Origin: Leptogorgia sarmentosa
Lineage: Eukaryota
DNA length: 64,000 bases
Assembly: GCA_964658305.1 (NCBI GenBank)
Contig: OZ210885.1
Coordinates: forward strand, 14,632,001-14,696,000
Direction: 5' to 3'
A program made the position numbers and the translations under genes. Shown here one piece after another: positions 1 through 14,124 of this stretch. The notes below the pieces were generated by a model. The model was not told where the DNA came from. It saw only the letters and a list, made by a program, of their open reading frames with translations, and searched no databases. How positions within the stretch are numbered: position 1 is the stretch's first letter; each line of letters begins with the position of its first letter.

Positions 1-3000
1 ACCCTTAATAAGAGTTATATATGAAGAAGCAACCTTGTTTTTTTGGAGTCATTGACGATGTGGCGTTTAATTTATCAAGGTTGGTTAAATGTGGTGAAAT
101 TTTGCTATATTTTAACCAACTTCTCTAACACCCTTCATGACAGTGATATATGAAGAAGTAATCTTGTTTTTTTGAGTCATTAACGATGTGGCGTTTAATT
201 TATCAAGGTTGGTTAAATGTGGTGAAATTTTGCTATATTTTAACCAACTTCTCTAACACCATTAATAAGAGTGATATATGAAGAAGAAATCTTGTTTTTT
301 TGAGTCATTGACAATGTGGCGTTTAATTTATCAAGGTTGGTTACATTTTGCTATATTTAAACCAACTTCTGTAACACCCTTCATAACAGTGATATATGAA
401 GGAGCAACCTTGTTTTTTTTAGTCATTGACGATGTGGCATTTAATTTATTAAGGTTGGTTACATTTTACTATATTTAAACCAACTTCTCTAACACCCTTC
501 ATGACAGTGATATATGAAGAAGCAATCTTGTTTTTTTGAGTCATTGACGATGTGGCATTTAATTTATCAAGGTAGGTTAAATGTGGGGAAATTTTGCTAT
601 AATTTAACCAACTTCTCTAACACCCTTCATAACAGTGATATAAGAAGAAGAAATCTTGTTTTTTTTAGTCATTGACGATGTGGCATTTAATTTATCAAGG
701 TTGGTTACATTTGGTGAATGTTTGCTATATTTAAACCAACTTCTCTAACACCCTTCATGACAGTGATATATGAAGAAGCAATCTTGTTTTTTTGAGTCAT
801 TGACTATGTGGCGTTTAATTTATCAAGGTTGGTTAAATGTGGTGAAATTTTGCTATAATTTAACCAACTTCTCTAACACCGTTCATAACAGTGATATATG
901 AAGAAGCAACCTTGTTTTTTTTAGTCATTGACGATGTGGCGTTTAATTTATCAAGGTTGGTTAAATGTGGTGAAATTTTGCTATATTTTAACCAACTTCT
1001 CTAACACCCTTAATAAGAGTTATATATGAAGAACCAACCTTGTTTTTTTTGAGTCATTGACGATGTGGCGTTTAATTTATCAAGGTTGGTTAAATGTGGT
1101 GAAACTTTGCTATATTTTAACCAACTTCTCTAACACCGTTCATAACAGTGATATACGAAGAAGCAATCTTGTTTTTTTGAGTCATTGACGATGTGGCGGT
1201 TAATTTAACTAGGTTGGTTAAATTTTGCTATAATTTAACCAACTTCTCTAACACCCTTCATAACAGTGATATACGAAGAAGCAATGTTGTTTTTTTGAGT
1301 CATTGACGATGTGGCGGATAATTTATCAAGGTTGGTTAAATGTGGTGAAAGTTTGCTATATTTAAACCAACTTCTCTAACACCGTTCATAACAGTGATAT
1401 ACGAAGAAGCAATCTTGTTTTTTTGAGTCATTGACGATGTGGCGGATAATTTATCAAGGTTGGTTAAATATGGTGAAATTTTGCTATCATTTAACCAACT
1501 TCTCTAACACCCTTCATAACAGTGATATATGAAGCAGCAATCTTGTTTTTTTGAGTCATTGACGATGTGGCATTTAATTTATCAAGGTTGGTTAAATGTG
1601 GGGAAATTTTGCTATAATTTAACCAACTTCTCTAACACCCTTCATAACAGTGATATATGAAGAAGGAATCTTGTTTTCTTTAGTCATTGACGATGTGGCA
1701 TTTAATTTATCAAGGTTGGTTACATTTGGTGAAAGTTTGCTATATTTAAACCAACTTCTCTAACACCCTTCATGACAGTGATATATGAAGAAGCAATCTT
1801 GTTTTTTTGAGTCATTGACGATGTGGCGTTTAATTTATCAAGGTTGGTTAAATGTGGTGAAATTTTCCTATAATTTAACTAACTTCTCTAACACCCTTCA
1901 TAACAGTGATATATGAAGAAGCAACCTTGTTTTTTTTAATCATTGACGATGTGGCGTTTAATTTATCAAGGTTGGTTAAATGTGGTGAAATTTTGCTATA
2001 TTTTAACCAACTTCTCTAACACCCTTAATAAGAGTTATATATGAAGAACCAACCTTGTTTTTTTTTAGTCATTGACGATGTGGCGTTTAATTTATCAAGG
2101 TTGGTTAAATGTGGTGAAATTTTGCTATATTTTAACCAACTTCTCTAACACCCTTAATAAGAGTTATATATGAAGAACCAACCTTGTTTTTTTTGAGTCA
2201 TTGACGATGTGGCGTTTAATTTATCAAGGTTGGTTAAATGTGGTGAAATTTTGCTATAATTTAACCAACTTCTCTAACACCGTTCATAACAGTGATATAT
2301 GAAGAAGCAACCTTGTTTTTTTTAGTCATTGACGATGTGGCGTTTAATTTATCAAGGTTGGTTAAATGTGGTGAAATTTTGCTATATTTTAACCAACTTC
2401 TCTAACACCCTTAATAAGAGTTATATATGAAGAACCAACCTTGTTTTTTTTGAGTCATTGACGATGTGGCGTTTAATTTATCAAGGTTGGTTAAATGTGG
2501 TGAAATTTTGCTATATTTTAACCAACTTCTCTAACACCGTTCATAACAGTGATATACGAAGAAGCAATCTTGTTTTTTTGAGTCATTGACGATGTGGCGG
2601 TTAATTTAACTAGGTTGGTTAAATTTTGCTATAATTTAACCAACTTCTCTAACACCCTTCATAACAGTGATATACGAAGAAGCAATGTTGTTTTTTTGAG
2701 TCATTGACGATGTGGCGGATAATTTATCAAGGTTGGTTAAATGTGGTGAAAGTTTGCTATATTTAAACCAACTTCTCTAACACCGTTCATAACAGTGATA
2801 TACGAAGAAGCAATCTTGTTTTTTTGAGTCATTGACGATGTGGCGGATAATTTATCAAGGTTGGTTAAATATGGTGAAATTTTGCTATCATTTAACCAAC
2901 TTCTCTAACACCCTTCATAACAGTGATATATGAAGCAGCAATCTTGTTTTTTTGAGTCATTGACGATGTGGCATTTAATTTATCAAGGTTGGTTAAATGT

Positions 3001-6000
3001 GGGGAAATTTTGCTATAATTTAACCAACTTCTCTAACACCCTTCATAACAGTGATATATGAAGAAGGAATCTTGTTTTCTTTAGTCATTGACGATGTGGC
3101 ATTTAATTTATCAAGGTTGGTTACATTTGGTGAAAGTTTGCTATATTTAAACCAACTTCTCTAACACCCTTCATGACAGTGATATATGAAGAAGCAATCT
3201 TGTTTTTTTGAGTCATTGACGATGTGGCGTTTAATTTATCAAGGTTGGTTAAATGTGGTGAAATTTTCCTATAATTTAACTAACTTCTCTAACACCCTTC
3301 ATAACAGTGATATATGAAGAAGCAACCTTGTTTTTTTTAATCATTGACGATGTGGCGTTTAATTTATCAAGGTTGGTTAAATGTGGTGAAATTTTGCTAT
3401 ATTTTAACCAACTTCTCTAACACCCTTAATAAGAGTTATATATGAAGAACCAACCTTGTTTTTTTTTAGTCATTGACGATGTGGCGTTTAATTTATCAAG
3501 GTTGGTTAAATGTGGTGAAATTTTGCTATATTTTAACCAACTTCTCTAACACCCTTAATAAGAGTGATATATGAAGAATCAATCTTGTTTTTTTGAGTCA
3601 TTGACGATGTGGCATTTAATTTATCAAGGTTGGTTAAATGTGGGGAAATTTTGCTATAATTTAACCAACTTCTCTAACACCCTTCATAACAGTGATATAT
3701 GAAGAAGGAATCTTGTTTTCTTTAGTCATTGACGATGTGGCATTTAATTTATCAAGGTTGGTTACATTTGGTGAAAGTTTGCTATATTTAAACCAACTTC
3801 TCTAACACCCTTCATGACAGTGATATATGAAGAAGCAATCTTGTTTTTTTGAGTCATTGACGATGTGGCGTTTAATTTATCAAGGTTGGTTAAATGTGGT
3901 GAAATTTTCCTATAATTTAACTAACTTCTCTAACACCCTTCATAACAGTGATATATGAAGAAGCAACCTTGTTTTTTTTAGTCATTGACGATGTGGCGTT
4001 TAATTTATCAAGGTTGGTTAAATGTGGTGAAATTTTGCTATATTTTAACCAACTTCTCTAACACCCTTAATAAGAGTTATATATGAAGAACCAACCTTGT
4101 TTTTTTTTAGTCATTGACGATGTGGCGTTTAATTTATCAAGGTTGGTTAAATGTGGTGAAATTTTGCTATATTTTAACCAACTTCTCTAACACCCTTAAT
4201 AAGAGTGATATATGAAGAAGCAAACTCGTTCTTTATAGTCATGTACCGTAATTTATCAAGGTTGGTTAAATATGGTGAAATTTTGCTATAATTTAACCAA
4301 CTTCTCTAACACCGTTCATAACAGTGATATACGAAGAAGCAATCTTGTTTTTTTGAGTCATTGACAATGTGGCGGTTAATTTAACTAGGTTGGTTAAATT
4401 TTGCTATAATTTAACCAACTTCTCTAACACCCTTCATAACAGTGATATACGAAGAAGCAATCTTGTTTTTTTGAGTCATTGACGATGTGGCGGATAATTT
4501 ATCAAGGTTGGTTAAATGTGGTGAAAGTTTGCTATATTTAAACCAACTTCTCTAACACCGTTCATAACAGTGATATACGAAGAAGCAATCTTGTTTTTTT
4601 GAGTCATTGACGATGTGGCGGTTAATTTATCTAGGTTGGTTAAATATGATGAAATTTTGCTATAATTTAACCAACTTCTCCAACACCGTTCATAACAGTG
4701 ATATACGAAGAAGCAATCTTGTTTTTTTGAGTCATTGACGATGTGGCGGATAATTTATCAAGGTTGGTTAAATGTGGTGTAATTTTGCTATCATTTAACC
4801 AACTTCTCTAACACCCTTCATAACAATGATATATGAAGAAGCAACTTTGTTTTTTTTAGTCATTGACGATGCGGCATTTAATTTATCAAGGTTGGTTAAA
4901 TGTGGGGAAATTTTGCTATAATTTAACCAACTTCTCTAACACCCTTCATAACAGTGATATATGAAGAAGGAATCTTGTTTTCTTTAGTCATTGACGATGT
5001 GGCATTTAATTTATCAAGGTTGGTTACATTTGGTGAAAGTTTGCTATATTTAAACCAACTTCTCTAACACCCTTCATGACAGTGATATATGAAGAAGCAA
5101 TCTTGTTTTTTTGAGTCATTGACGATGTGGCGTTTAATTTATCAAGGTTGGTTAAATGTGGTGAAATTTTCCTATAATTTAACTAACTTCTCTAACACCC
5201 TTCATAACAGTGATATATGAAGAAGCAACCTTGTTTTTTTTAGTCATTGACGATGTGGCGTTTAATTTATCAAGGTTGGTTAAATGTGGTGAAATTTTGC
5301 TATATTTTAACCAACTTCTCTAACACCCTTAATAAGAGTTATATATGAAGAACCAACCTTGTTTTTTTTTAGTCATTGACGATGTGGCGTTTAATTTATC
5401 AAGGTTGGTTAAATGTGGTGAAATTTTGCTATATTTTAACCAACTTCTCTAACACCCTTAATAAGAGTGATATATGAAGAAGCAATCTTGTTTTTTTGAG
5501 TCATTGACGATGTGGCATTTAATTTATCAAGGTTGGTTAAATGTGGGGAAATTTTGCTATAATTTAACCAACTTCTCTAACACCCTTCATAACAGTGATA
5601 TATGAAGAAGGAATCTTGTTTTCTTTAGTCATTGACGATGTGGCATTTAATTTATCAAGGTTGGTTACATTTGGTGAAAGTTTGCTATATTTAAACCAAC
5701 TTCTCTAACACCCTTCATGACAGTGATATATGAAGAAGCAATCTTGTTTTTTTGAGTCATTGACGATGTGGCGTTTAATTTATCAAGGTTGGTTAAATGT
5801 GGTGAAATTTTCCTATAATTTAACTAACTTCTCTAACACCCTTCATAACAGTGATATATGAAGAAGCAACCTTGTTTTTTTTAGTCATTGACGATGTGGC
5901 GTTTAATTTATCAAGGTTGGTTAAATGTGGTGAAATTTTGCTATATTTTAACCAACTTCTCTAACACCCTTAATAAGAGTTATATATGAAGAACCAACCT

Positions 6001-9000
6001 TGTTTTTTTTTAGTCATTGACGATGTGGCGTTTAATTTATCAAGGTTGGTTAAATGTGGTGAAATTTTGCTATATTTTAACCAACTTCTCTAACACCCTT
6101 AATAAGAGTGATATATGAAGAAGCAAACTCGTTCTTTATAGTCATGTACCGTAATTTATCAAGGTTGGTTAAATATGGTGAAATTTTGCTATAATTTAAC
6201 CAACTTCTCTAACACCGTTCATAACAGTGATATACGAAGAAGCAATCTTGTTTTTTTGAGTCATTGACAATGTGGCGGTTAATTTAACTAGGTTGGTTAA
6301 ATTTTGCTATAATTTAACCAACTTCTCTAACACCCTTCATAACAGTGATATACGAAGAAGCAATCTTGTTTTTTTGAGTCATTGACGATGTGGCGGATAA
6401 TTTATCAAGGTTGGTTAAATGTGGTGAAAGTTTGCTATATTTAAACCAACTTCTCTAACACCGTTCATAACAGTGATATACGAAGAAGCAATCTTGTTTT
6501 TTTGAGTCATTGACGATGTGGCGGATAATTTATCAAGGTTGGTTAAATATGGTGAAATTTTGCTATAATTTAACCAACTTCTCTAACACCGTTCATAACA
6601 GTGATATACAAAGAAGCAATCTTGTTTTTTTTTAGTCATTGACGATGTGGCGTTTAATTTATCAAGGTTGGTTAAATGTGGTGAAATTTTGCTATATTTT
6701 AACCAACTTCTCTAACACCCTTAATAAGAGTGATATATGAAGAAGCAAACTCGTTCTTTATAGTCATGTACCGTAATTTATCAAGGTTGGTTAAATATGG
6801 TGAAATTTTGCTATAATTTAACCAACTTCTCTAACACCGTTCATAACAGTGATATACGAAGAAGCAATCTTGTTTTTTTGAGTCATTGACAATGTGGCGG
6901 TTAATTTAACTAGGTTGGTTAAATTTTGCTATAATTTAACCAACTTCTCTAACACCCTTCATAACAGTGATATACGAAGAAGCAATCTTGTTTTTTTGAG
7001 TCATTGACGATGTGGCGGATAATTTATCAAGGTTGGTTAAATGTGGTGAAAGTTTGCTATATTTAAACCAACTTCTCTAACACCGTTCATAACAGTGATA
7101 TACGAAGAAGCAATCTTGTTTTTTTGAGTCATTGACGATGTGGCGGATAATTTATCAAGGTTGGTTAAATATGGTGAAATTTTGCTATAATTTAACCAAC
7201 TTCTCTAACACCGTTCATAACAGTGATATACAAAGAAGCAATCTTGTTTTTTTGAGTCATTGACGATGTGGCGGTTAATTTATCTAGGTTGGTTAAATAT
7301 GATGAAATTTTGCTATAATTTAACCAACTTCTCCAACACCGTTCATAACAGTGATATACGAAGAAGCAATCTTGTTTTTTTGAGTCATTGACGATGTGGC
7401 GGATAATTTATCAAGGTTGGTTAAATGTGGTGTAATTTTGCTATCATTTAACCAACTTCTCTAACACCCTTCATAACAATGATATATGAAGAAGCAACTT
7501 TGTTTTTTTTAGTCATTGACGATGCGGCATTTAATTTATCAAGGTTGGTTAAATTTTGCTATATTTAAACCAACTTCTCTAACACCCTTCATGACAGTGA
7601 TATATGAAGAAGCAACCTTGTTTTTTTAAGTCATTGACGATGTGGTGTTTAATTTATGAAGGTTGGTTAAATGTGATGAAATTTTGCTATATTTTAAACA
7701 ACTTCTCTAACACCCTTAATAAGAGTTATATATGAAGAAGCAACCTTGTTTTTTTTTAGTCATTGACGATGTGGCGTTTAATTTATCAAGGTTGGTTAAA
7801 TGTGGTGAAATTTTGCTATAATTTAACTAACTTCTCCAACACCCTTCATAACAGTGATATATAAAGAAGCAACCTTGTTTTTTTTAGTGATTGACGATGT
7901 GGCGTTTAATTTATCAAGGTTGGTTAAATACGGTGAAATTTTGCAATATTTTAACCAACTTCTCTAACACCCTTAATAAGAGTTATATATGAAGCAACCT
8001 TGTTTTTTTTTTAGTCATTGACGATGTGGCGTTTAATTTATCAAGGTTGGTTAAATGTGGTGAAATTTTTCTATAATTTAACTAACTTCTCTAACACCCT
8101 TCATAACAGTGATATATGAAGAAGGAACCTTGTTTTTTTTAGTCATTGACGACATGGCATTTAATTTATCAAGGTTGGTTAAATTTCGTGAAATTTTGCT
8201 ATATTTTAACCAACTTCTCTAACACCCTTAATAAGAGTGATATATGAAGAAGCAAACTCGTTCTTTATAGTCATGTACCACGTAGCGTAATTTATCAAGG
8301 TTGGTTAAATGTGGTGAAAGTTTGCTATATTTAAACCAACTTCTCTAACACCGTTCATAACAGTGATATACGAAGAAGCAATCTTGTTTTTTTGAGTCAT
8401 TGACGATGTGGCGGATAATTTATCAAGGTTGGTTAAATATGGTGAAATTTTGCTATAATTTAACCAACTTATCTAACACCGTTCATAACAGTGATATACG
8501 AAGAAGCAATCTTGTTTTTTTGAGTCATTGACGATGTGGCGTTTAATTTATCAAGGTTGGTTAAATGTGGTGAAATTTTGCTATAATTCAACCAACTTCT
8601 CTAACACCCTTCATAACAGTGATATATGAAGAAGGAATCTTGTTTTTTTGACTCATTGACGATGTGGCGTTTATTTTATCATGGTTGGTTAAATATGGTG
8701 AAATTTTCCTATAATTTAACTAACTTCTCTAACACCCTTCATAACAGTGATATATGAAGAAGCAACCTTGTTTTTTTGAGTCATTGACGATGTGGCGTTT
8801 AATTTATCAAGGTTGGTTAAATGTGGTGAAATTTTGCTATATTTAAACCAACTTCTCTAACACCGTTCATAACAGTGATATATAAAGAAGCAATCTTATT
8901 TTTTTGAGTCATTGACGATGTGGCGGTTAATTTATCTAGGTTGGTTGAATATGATGAAATTTTGCTATATTTTAACCAACTTCTCTAACACCCTTAATAA

Positions 9001-12000
9001 GAGTGATATATGAAGAAGCAAACTCGTTCTTTATAGTCATGTACCATGTAGCGTAATTTATCAAGGTTGGTTAGATATGGTGAAATTTTCCTATAATTTA
9101 ACCAACTTCTCTAACACCTTTCATAACAGTGATATACGAAGAAGAAATCTTGTTTTTTTTGAGACAATGTGGCGTTTAATTTATCAAGGTTGGTTAAATG
9201 TGGTGTAATTTTGCTATCATTTAACCAACTTCTCTAACACCCTTCATAACAGTGATATATGAAGAAGCAACCTTGTTTTTTTAGTCATTCACGATGTGGC
9301 ATTTAATTTATCAAGGTTGGTTACATTTGGTGAAATTTTGCTATATTTAAACCAACTTCTCTAACACCCTTCATGACAGTGATATATGAAGAAGCAATCT
9401 TGTTTTTTTGAGTCATTCACTATGTGGCGTTTAATTTATCAAGGTTGGTTAAATGTGGGGAAATTTTGCTATAATTTAACCAACTTCTCTAACACCCTTC
9501 ATAACAGTGATATATGAAGAAGGAATCTTGTTTTTTTGAGTCATTGACGATGTGGCGTTTAATTTATCAAGGTTCGTTAAATATGGTGAAATTTTGCTAT
9601 AATTTAACTAACTTCGCTAACACCCTTCATAACAGTGATATATAAAGAAGCAACCTTGTTTTTTTTAGTGATTGACGATGTGGCGTTTAATTTATCAAGG
9701 TTGGTTAAATGTGGTGAAATTTTGCTATATTTTAACCAACTTCTCTAACACCCTTAATAAGAGTTATATATGAAGAAGCAACCTTGTTTTTTTTGAGTCA
9801 TTGAGGATGTGGCGTTTAATTTTTCAAGGTAGGTGAAATTTTGCTATAATTTAACTAACTTCTCTAACACCCTTCATAACAGTGATATATGAAGAAGCAA
9901 CCTTGTTTTTTTTAGTCATTGACGATGTGGCGTTTAATTTATCAAGGTTGGTTAAATGTGGTGAAATTTTGCTATATTTTAACCAACTTCTCTAACACCC
10001 TTAATAAGAGTTATATATGAAGAAGCAACCTTGTTTTTTTGGAGTCATTGACGATGTGGCGTTTAATTTATCAAGGTTGGTTAAATGTGGTGAAATTTTG
10101 CTATATTTTAACCAACTTCTCTAACACCATTAATAAGAGTGATATATGAAGAAGCAAACTCGTTCTTTATTGTCATGTACCATGTCGCGTAATTTATCAA
10201 GGTTGGTTAAATGTGGTGAAAGTTTGCTATATTTAAACCAACTTCTCTAACACCGTTCATAACAGTGATATACGAAGAAGCAATCTTGTTTTTTTGAGTC
10301 ATTGACGATGTGGCGTTTAATTTATCAAGGTTCGTTAAATATGGTGAAATTTTGCTATAACTTAACTAACTTCTCTAACACCCTTCATAACAGTGATATA
10401 TAAAGAAGCAACCTTGTTTTTTTTAGTGATTGACGATGTGGCGTTTAATTTATCAAGGTTGGTTAAATGTGGTGAAATTTTGCCATATTTTAACCAACTT
10501 TTCTAACACCCTTAATAAGAGTTATATATGAAGAAGCAACCTTGTTTTTTTTGAGTCATTGAGGATGTGGCGTTTAATTTTTCAAGGTAGGTGAAATTTT
10601 GCTATAATTTAACTAACTTCTCTAACACCCTTCATAACAGTGATATATGAAGAAGCAACGTTGTTTTTTTTAGTCATTGACGATGTGGCGTTTAATTTAT
10701 CAAGGTTGGTTAAATGTGGTGAAATTTTGCTATATTTTAACCAACTTCTCTAACACCCTTAATTAGAGTTATATATGAAGAAGCAACCTTGTTTTTTTGG
10801 AGTCATTGACGATGTGGCGTTTAATTTATCAAGGTTGGTTAAATGTGGTGAAATTTTGCTATATTTTAACCAACTTCTCTAACACCCTTCATGACAGTGA
10901 TATATGAAGAAGTAATCTTGTTTTTTTGAGTCATTAACGATGTGGCGTTTAATTTATCAAAATTGGTTAAATGTGGTGAAATTTTGCTATATTTTAACCA
11001 ACTTCTCTAACACCATTAATAAGAGTGATATATGAAGAAGCAAACTCGTTCTTTATAGTCATGTACCATGTCGCGTAATTTATCAAGGTTGGTTAAATGT
11101 GGTGAAAGTTTGCTATATTTAAACCAACTTCTCTAACACCGTTCATAACAGTGATATACGAAGAAGCAATCTTGTTTTTTTGAGTCATTGACGATGTGGC
11201 GGATAATTTATCAAGGTTGGTTAAATATGGTGAAATTTTGCTGTAATTTAACCAACTTCTCTAACACCGTTCATAACAGTGATATACAAAGAAGCAATCT
11301 TGTTTTTTTGAGTCATTGACGATGTGGCGGTTAATTTATCTAGGTTGGTTAAATATGATGAAATTTTGCTATAATTTAACCAACTTCTCTAACATCGTTC
11401 ATAACAGTGATATACGAAGAAGCAATCTTGTTTTTTTGAGTCATTGACAATGTGGCATTTAATTTATCAAGGTTGGTTAAATGTGGTGAAATTTTGCTAT
11501 AATTTAACTAACTTGTCTAACACCCTTCATAACAGTGATATATGAAGAAGCAACCTTGTTTTTTTTAGTCATTGACGATGTGGCATTTAATTTATCAAGG
11601 TTGGTTAAATTTTGCTATATTTAAACCAACTTCTCTAACACCCTTCATGACAGTGATATATGAAGAAGCAACCTTGTTTTTTAAAGTCATTGACGATGTG
11701 GTGTTTAATTTATGAAGGTTGGTTAAATGTGATGAAATTTTGCTATATTTTAAACAACTTCTCTAACACCCTTAATAAGAGTTATATATGAAGAAGCAAC
11801 CTTGTTTTTTTTTAGTCATTGACGATGTGGCGTTTAATTTATCAAGGTTGGTTAAATGTGGTGAAATTTTGCTATAATTTAACCAACTTCTCTAACACCG
11901 TTCATAACAGTGATATACGAAGAAGCAATCTTGTTTTTTTGAGTCATTGACGATGTGGCGGTTAATTTATCTAGGTTGGTTAAATATGATGAAATTTTGC

Positions 12001-13767
12001 TATATTTTAACCAACTTCTCTAACACCCTTAATAAGAGTGATATATGAAGAAGCAAACTCGTTCTTCATAGTTATGTACCATGTAGCGTAATTTATCAAG
12101 GTTGGTTAAATGTCGGGAAATTTTGCTATAATTTAACCAACTTCTCTAACACCCTTAATAAGAGTTATATATGAAGAAGCAACCTTGTTTTTTTTGAGTC
12201 ATTGACGATGTGGCGTTTAATTTATCAAGGTTGGTTAAATGTGGTGAAATTTTGCTATAATTTAACTAACTTCTCTAACACCCTTAATAAGAGTTATATA
12301 TGAAGAAGCAACCTTGTTGTTTTTGAGTCATTGACGATGTGGCGTTTAATTTATCAAGGTTGGTTAAATGTGGTGAAATTTTGCTATAATTTAACTAACT
12401 TCTCTAACACCCTTCATAACAGTGATATATGAAGAAGCAACCTTGTTTTTTTTAGTCATTGACGATGTGGCATTTAATTTATCAAGGTTGGTTAAATGTG
12501 GTGAAATTTTGCTATATTTTAACCAACTTCTCTAACACCCTTAATTAGAGTTATATATGAAGAAGCAACCTTGTTTTTTTGGAGTCATTGACGATGTGGC
12601 GTTTAATTTATCAAGGTTGGTTAAATGTGGTGAAATTTTGCTATATTTTAACCAACTTCTCTAACACCCTTCATGACAGTGATATATGAAGAAGTAATCT
12701 TGTTTTTTTGAGTCATTAACGATGTGGCGTTTAATTTATCAAAATTGGTTAAATGTGGTGAAATTTTGCTATATTTTAACCAACTTCTCTAACACCCTTA
12801 ATAAGGGTGATATATGAAGAAGCAAACTCGTTCTTTATAGTCATGTACCATGTAGCGTAATTTATCCAGGTTGGTTAAATATGGTGAAATTTTCCTATAA
12901 TTTAACCAACTTCTCTAACACCCTTCATAACAGTGATATACGAAGAAGAAATCTTGTTTTTTTTGAGTCATTGACATTGTGGCGTTTAATTTATCAAGGT
13001 TGGTTAAATGTGGTGTAATTTTGCTATCATTTAACCAACTTCTCTAACACCCTTCATAACAGTGATATATGAAGAAGCAACCTTGTTTTTTTTAGTCATT
13101 GACGATGTGGCATTTAATTTATCAAGGTTGGTTACATTTGGTGAAATTTTGCTATATTTAAACCAACTTCTCTAACACCCTTCATGACAGTGATATATGA
13201 AGAAGCAATCTTGTTTTTTTGAGTCATTGACGATGTGGCGTTTAATTTATCAAGGTTGGTTAAATGTGGGGAAATTTTGCTATAATTTAACCAACTTCTC
13301 TAACACCCTTCATAACAGTGATGTATGAAGAAGGAATCTTGTTTTTTTGAGTCATTGACGATGTGGCGTTTAATTTATCAAGGTTCGTTAAATATGGTGA
13401 AATTTTGCTATAATTTAACTAACTTCTCCAACACCCTTCATAACAGTGATATATAAAGAAGCAACCTTGTTTTTTTTAGTGATTGACGAAGTAGCGTTTA
13501 ATTTATCAACGTTGGTTAAATGTGGTGAAATTTTGCTATATTTTAACAAACTTCTCTAACACTCTTAATAAGAGTTATATATGAAGAAGGAATCTTGTTT
13601 TTTTTGAGTCATTAACGATGTGGCGTTTAATTTATCAAGGTTGGTTAAACGTGGGGAAATTTTGCTATAATTTAACCAACTTCTCTAACACCCTTTATAA
13701 CAGTGATATATGAAGAAGGAATCTTGTTTTTCTGAGTCATTGACGATGTGGCATTTAATTTATCAAG
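1..13767. repeat. ~128-bp AT-rich tandem satellite, left block (~107 monomers, runs off window start)
   Basis: Head-to-tail monomers, consensus approx. ACCCTTCATAACAGTGATATATGAAGAAGCAATCTTGTTTTTTTGAGTCATTGACGATGTGGCGTTTAATTTATCAAGGTTGGTTAAATGTGGTGAAATTTTGCTATAATTTAACCAACTTCTCTAAC (128 nt counted). T-run length varies and some monomers have a 12-bp deletion. Copy number estimated from length. Confidence 0.97.
13763..13767 (+). other. Left target-site duplication TCAAG of the LTR element
   Basis: TCAAG directly precedes the LTR start TGT at 13768 and recurs at 18587-18591. Uninterrupted monomers read ttatcaaggttgg. Confidence 0.92.
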
Positions 13768-13925
13768 TGTAGTAACTTACGTATTTAAGAAGACAACTCT
13801 TCGTACAGTGATCTTTTACTAAACGCCCTATTATTCACAATGATTGCTTACATCTACAGTGTAGCCATGCATGGTTAATATATGTACATACTTAATACTA
13901 CAGTCAAATATGATTGACTGTTACA
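13768..13925 (-). repeat. 3' LTR (158 bp)
   Basis: TGTAGT...GTTACA. Identical to 18429-18586 except one base (agacaact vs agaaaact). Confidence 0.95.
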
Positions 13926-13938
13926 TTCCTCCCTTTTC
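13926..13938 (-). other. Polypurine tract
   Basis: Minus strand GAAAAGGGAGGAA directly abuts the 3' LTR. Confidence 0.88.
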
Positions 13939-14124
13939 AGACTGTTACTATGCATTAACAAACTAATTTTCTTTTAGGAAACCTAGCCATATTTAGTTTA
14001 TGATAAACTATACTATGAATTTTTTTAAATTTGTTTTTCTAAGTTTTCTAGTGTTACTGTATTTTAAATAGTCCAAATTTCTAATGTTCCTATTTTATAT
14101 AGTCTTTATAAATTTCTAATGTTG

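Noticed and set aside
540..620. Spliced-leader RNA-like look of the monomer (AAG|GTTGGT/GTAGGT followed by AAATTTTG Sm-like motif), tempting because SL genes can neighbour 5S
   Set aside because: The motifs are short and expected in AT-rich DNA, I recognise no known SL exon, and the unit leaves little room for a promoter. It would be revived only if mRNA 5' ends carry ...TTTATCAAG.
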